Virus record (IMG/VR): IMGVR_UViG_3300033487_000316
Span: 1 to 37,005 of that record
DNA length: 37,005 nucleotides
Source: a virus
Lineage: Duplodnaviria; Caudoviricetes
Reading direction: 5' to 3' (one strand)
Made by a program: the position numbers and the translations under genes. A model generated the notes under the pieces. The model was not told the origin of the DNA. It did no database searches and saw nothing but the letters and a program-made list of their open reading frames with translations. Numbering within the stretch: position 1 is the first letter of the stretch; every line of letters starts with the position of its first letter. Shown piece after piece: positions 35,306 through 37,005 of the stretch.

Positions 35306-35955
35306 CACACCCTGCCTATGCCGTCGCCGATAAACTGAAAGCTGCCATCGAGCCGGCCTGCGTCCGGGTCGAGATTGCCGGCAGTATCAGCCGGCTAAAA
35401 CCAGAACCGAAAGACGTTGAGATTGTCTGCCAGCCTCAGATCGGAGTGTGGACTGTGCCGGATATGTTTGGTGGACCCCCCGCCACTTATGAGGTCAATC
35501 ATCTTGAGACACTGCTAGGAAAACTGTACGAGTCTTTCCTATGGCGACTTGACCCAGAGAACAGAAAGGACGGACCAAATTATAAGCGGCTGCAACACGT
35601 CGAAAGCGGAATCGGTTGTGATGTCTTCATCGTTACCGATAGGCGTAAGTGGGGCATGATAAAAACCATCCGAACAGGATCAAGCACCTTCTCGCGCAAC
35701 CTGGTAACACACGTTCGGCATTGCGGTTGGTTTGTGCAACATGGCCTGCTACACCAGCATCAGCCAGAATTGAATGAACTCGACGAGGTTCAAGAGTGCC
35801 CTAACGGCCAGCAGTGCCCGCAGATTCTAGCACTCTATGAAGAGCGTGAGGTATTCGACGCACTGGGCCTGCCGTGGATCGAGCCTCCCGAGCGGACTAC
35901 ACTGATTGAAGCACTGGCCCGCGAGAACTACCGCCAGGAGTTAAAGGCCCTGTGA
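35302..35955 (+). CDS. DNA polymerase X family-like nucleotidyltransferase (stand-alone palm/thumb)
   Basis: VEIAGSISR..PKDVEIV, CDVF, IRTGS, EEREVFDALGLPWIEPPER. Confidence 0.85.
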   Translation: MTHPAYAVADKLKAAIEPACVRVEIAGSISRLKPEPKDVEIVCQPQIGVWTVPDMFGGPPATYEVNHLETLLGKLYESFLWRLDPENRKDGPNYKRLQHVESGIGCDVFIVTDRRKWGMIKTIRTGSSTFSRNLVTHVRHCGWFVQHGLLHQHQPELNELDEVQECPNGQQCPQILALYEEREVFDALGLPWIEPPERTTLIEALARENYRQELKAL

Positions 35956-36383
35956 TTACCCTCCCGCAGCACATCATCGACTTGAACCCGGAATACCAGG
36001 CGTTGTTAGCCAAGCCGATCAAGGTGAAAGAGCGATCCAAATTATCCAATCCGGGCGGCTTTGACAGTCCGCTTGAGGCTGATTGGGACGCGGAATTAAC
36101 GGCGCGCGGCCTGGCACATCTCGCGCATCCCTTCACATTCCATCTGCCTGGGGGTGTCGATTACACGCCCGATCAAATCGCCTGGCCTTCACGGACGGAC
36201 GATAATCATCAAGTCTGGATCGGGCAGGCAACGGTCTACGAGGTCAAGGGCGAGTACGTCAAGAACACACGCGATTCACGAACACGCTTCCGCATCGCCG
36301 CCGGCCTGCATCCCTACCTACGTTTCGCCTGGGTCACACGGAGCAGGGGGGGGACGTGGCGTGAGAAAGTATATCGTCCATGA
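35952..36383 (+). CDS. PD-(D/E)xK nuclease (DUF1064-like)
   Basis: FDSPLEA...YTPD...YEVKG. Confidence 0.75.
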   Translation: MITLPQHIIDLNPEYQALLAKPIKVKERSKLSNPGGFDSPLEADWDAELTARGLAHLAHPFTFHLPGGVDYTPDQIAWPSRTDDNHQVWIGQATVYEVKGEYVKNTRDSRTRFRIAAGLHPYLRFAWVTRSRGGTWREKVYRP

Positions 36384-36814
36384 ATCAGACACCACTCCCC
36401 CGCCTATCAGATATTGCGGCTGCAGCAGATCCTGAGAGACTGCTGCCGCGTAAGTGTGTCGGTTGCACTCAGACCGATCTCGATCGGTGTAAAGCCTGCT
36501 ATCGAACCTTGTACCCACATTACGCAGCCAGGACGACATCTCTGAATTACAGGACTGCGCAAAGAGTTGTGCGCGAGAATCAGATCGAGGACTTTATTAA
36601 GCGGTTTGTGGATGAGACAGGCTACGGGGTCGATGCGTCATGGATTTGGTTAAATCTCAAACTAGATCCCATTATTGCCCTGAGTACCCTCAACAACAAT
36701 CTGCGGCGGATGGTGGCAGCCGGGAGTCTACGCAAGACGATCGTCCGCGAAGGCCGATCCCTAATTGCTCACTACTGGCCGGCTGATCGGGCTACTCAGG
36801 CGGAAGAAGCTTGA
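36380..36814 (+). CDS. Hypothetical protein with Cys cluster and probable C-terminal wHTH
   Basis: CVGC...CKAC; LSTLNNNLRRMVAAGSL. Confidence 0.65.
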   Translation: MNQTPLPRLSDIAAAADPERLLPRKCVGCTQTDLDRCKACYRTLYPHYAARTTSLNYRTAQRVVRENQIEDFIKRFVDETGYGVDASWIWLNLKLDPIIALSTLNNNLRRMVAAGSLRKTIVREGRSLIAHYWPADRATQAEEA

Positions 36815-37004
36815 GTAGTCTCCCCAGGCTGCACTCGAAGTAATCACAGAGGGCTACCAGCTTATCGGCATCAAAGCGGGTAACATCCCCGTTCTTCCAA
36901 TGTAGCAGGGTCGAGGCTCCAATCCCAGTGGCCTTTTCAATCTGGCGTAGCGATAGCTTACGACCCGTTGCGCGCGATTTACTGGCAATCAGCCGGTCCA
37001 GATT
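36792..37004 (-). CDS. XRE/Cro-C1-type HTH regulator (5'-truncated by window edge; absent from ORF track)
   Basis: Manual translation NLDRLIASKSRATGRKLSLRQIEKATGIGASTLLHWKNGDVTRFDADKLVALCDYFECSLGRLLKLLPPE*. Confidence 0.85.
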   Translation of the reverse strand, partial: NLDRLIASKSRATGRKLSLRQIEKATGIGASTLLHWKNGDVTRFDADKLVALCDYFECSLGRLLKLLPPE

Positions 37005-37005
37005 G

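Noticed and set aside
1-37005. Stop-codon recoding as the explanation for the ORF-poor left 10 kb
   Set aside because: The gap is explained by one open frame running off the window; TAA, TAG and TGA all end genes normally elsewhere

Overview
The whole window reads as part of a tailed-phage (Caudoviricetes) or prophage genome. The host is probably Chloroflexota, inferred from a YLPLI surface-protein motif and GH-A-type 'lysis' enzymes. Left arm (minus strand): a >3,370-aa giant polyvalent/ejection-type protein missing from the ORF track because it runs off the window, three probable internal virion genes, portal, a small insert, TerL and TerS. These are followed by a block of small accessory genes and a membrane/lysis-like module (holin-like protein, double GH-A hydrolase, DPBB protein, C39 peptidase). 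Right arm (plus strand): an RHH-like regulator, accessory ORFs, replication initiator with internal iterons, DnaC/IstB-like loader, an amino-methyltransferase with five SPP[Y/F] modules, a PolX-like nucleotidyltransferase, a PD-(D/E)xK nuclease and a convergent, truncated XRE repressor. The most striking observation is a run of small genes at ~29.0-30.55 kb delimited by integron attC-like sites. They show correct R''/R' cores, extrahelical bases and cassette-boundary complementarity, with no integrase in the window: apparently a phage-borne gene-cassette array. There are also two repeated promoter architectures (TTGACT-N18-TASACT four times; AAAAATTTAAGG-N10-[-35] three times). All calls come from reading motifs by eye; no database search was run.
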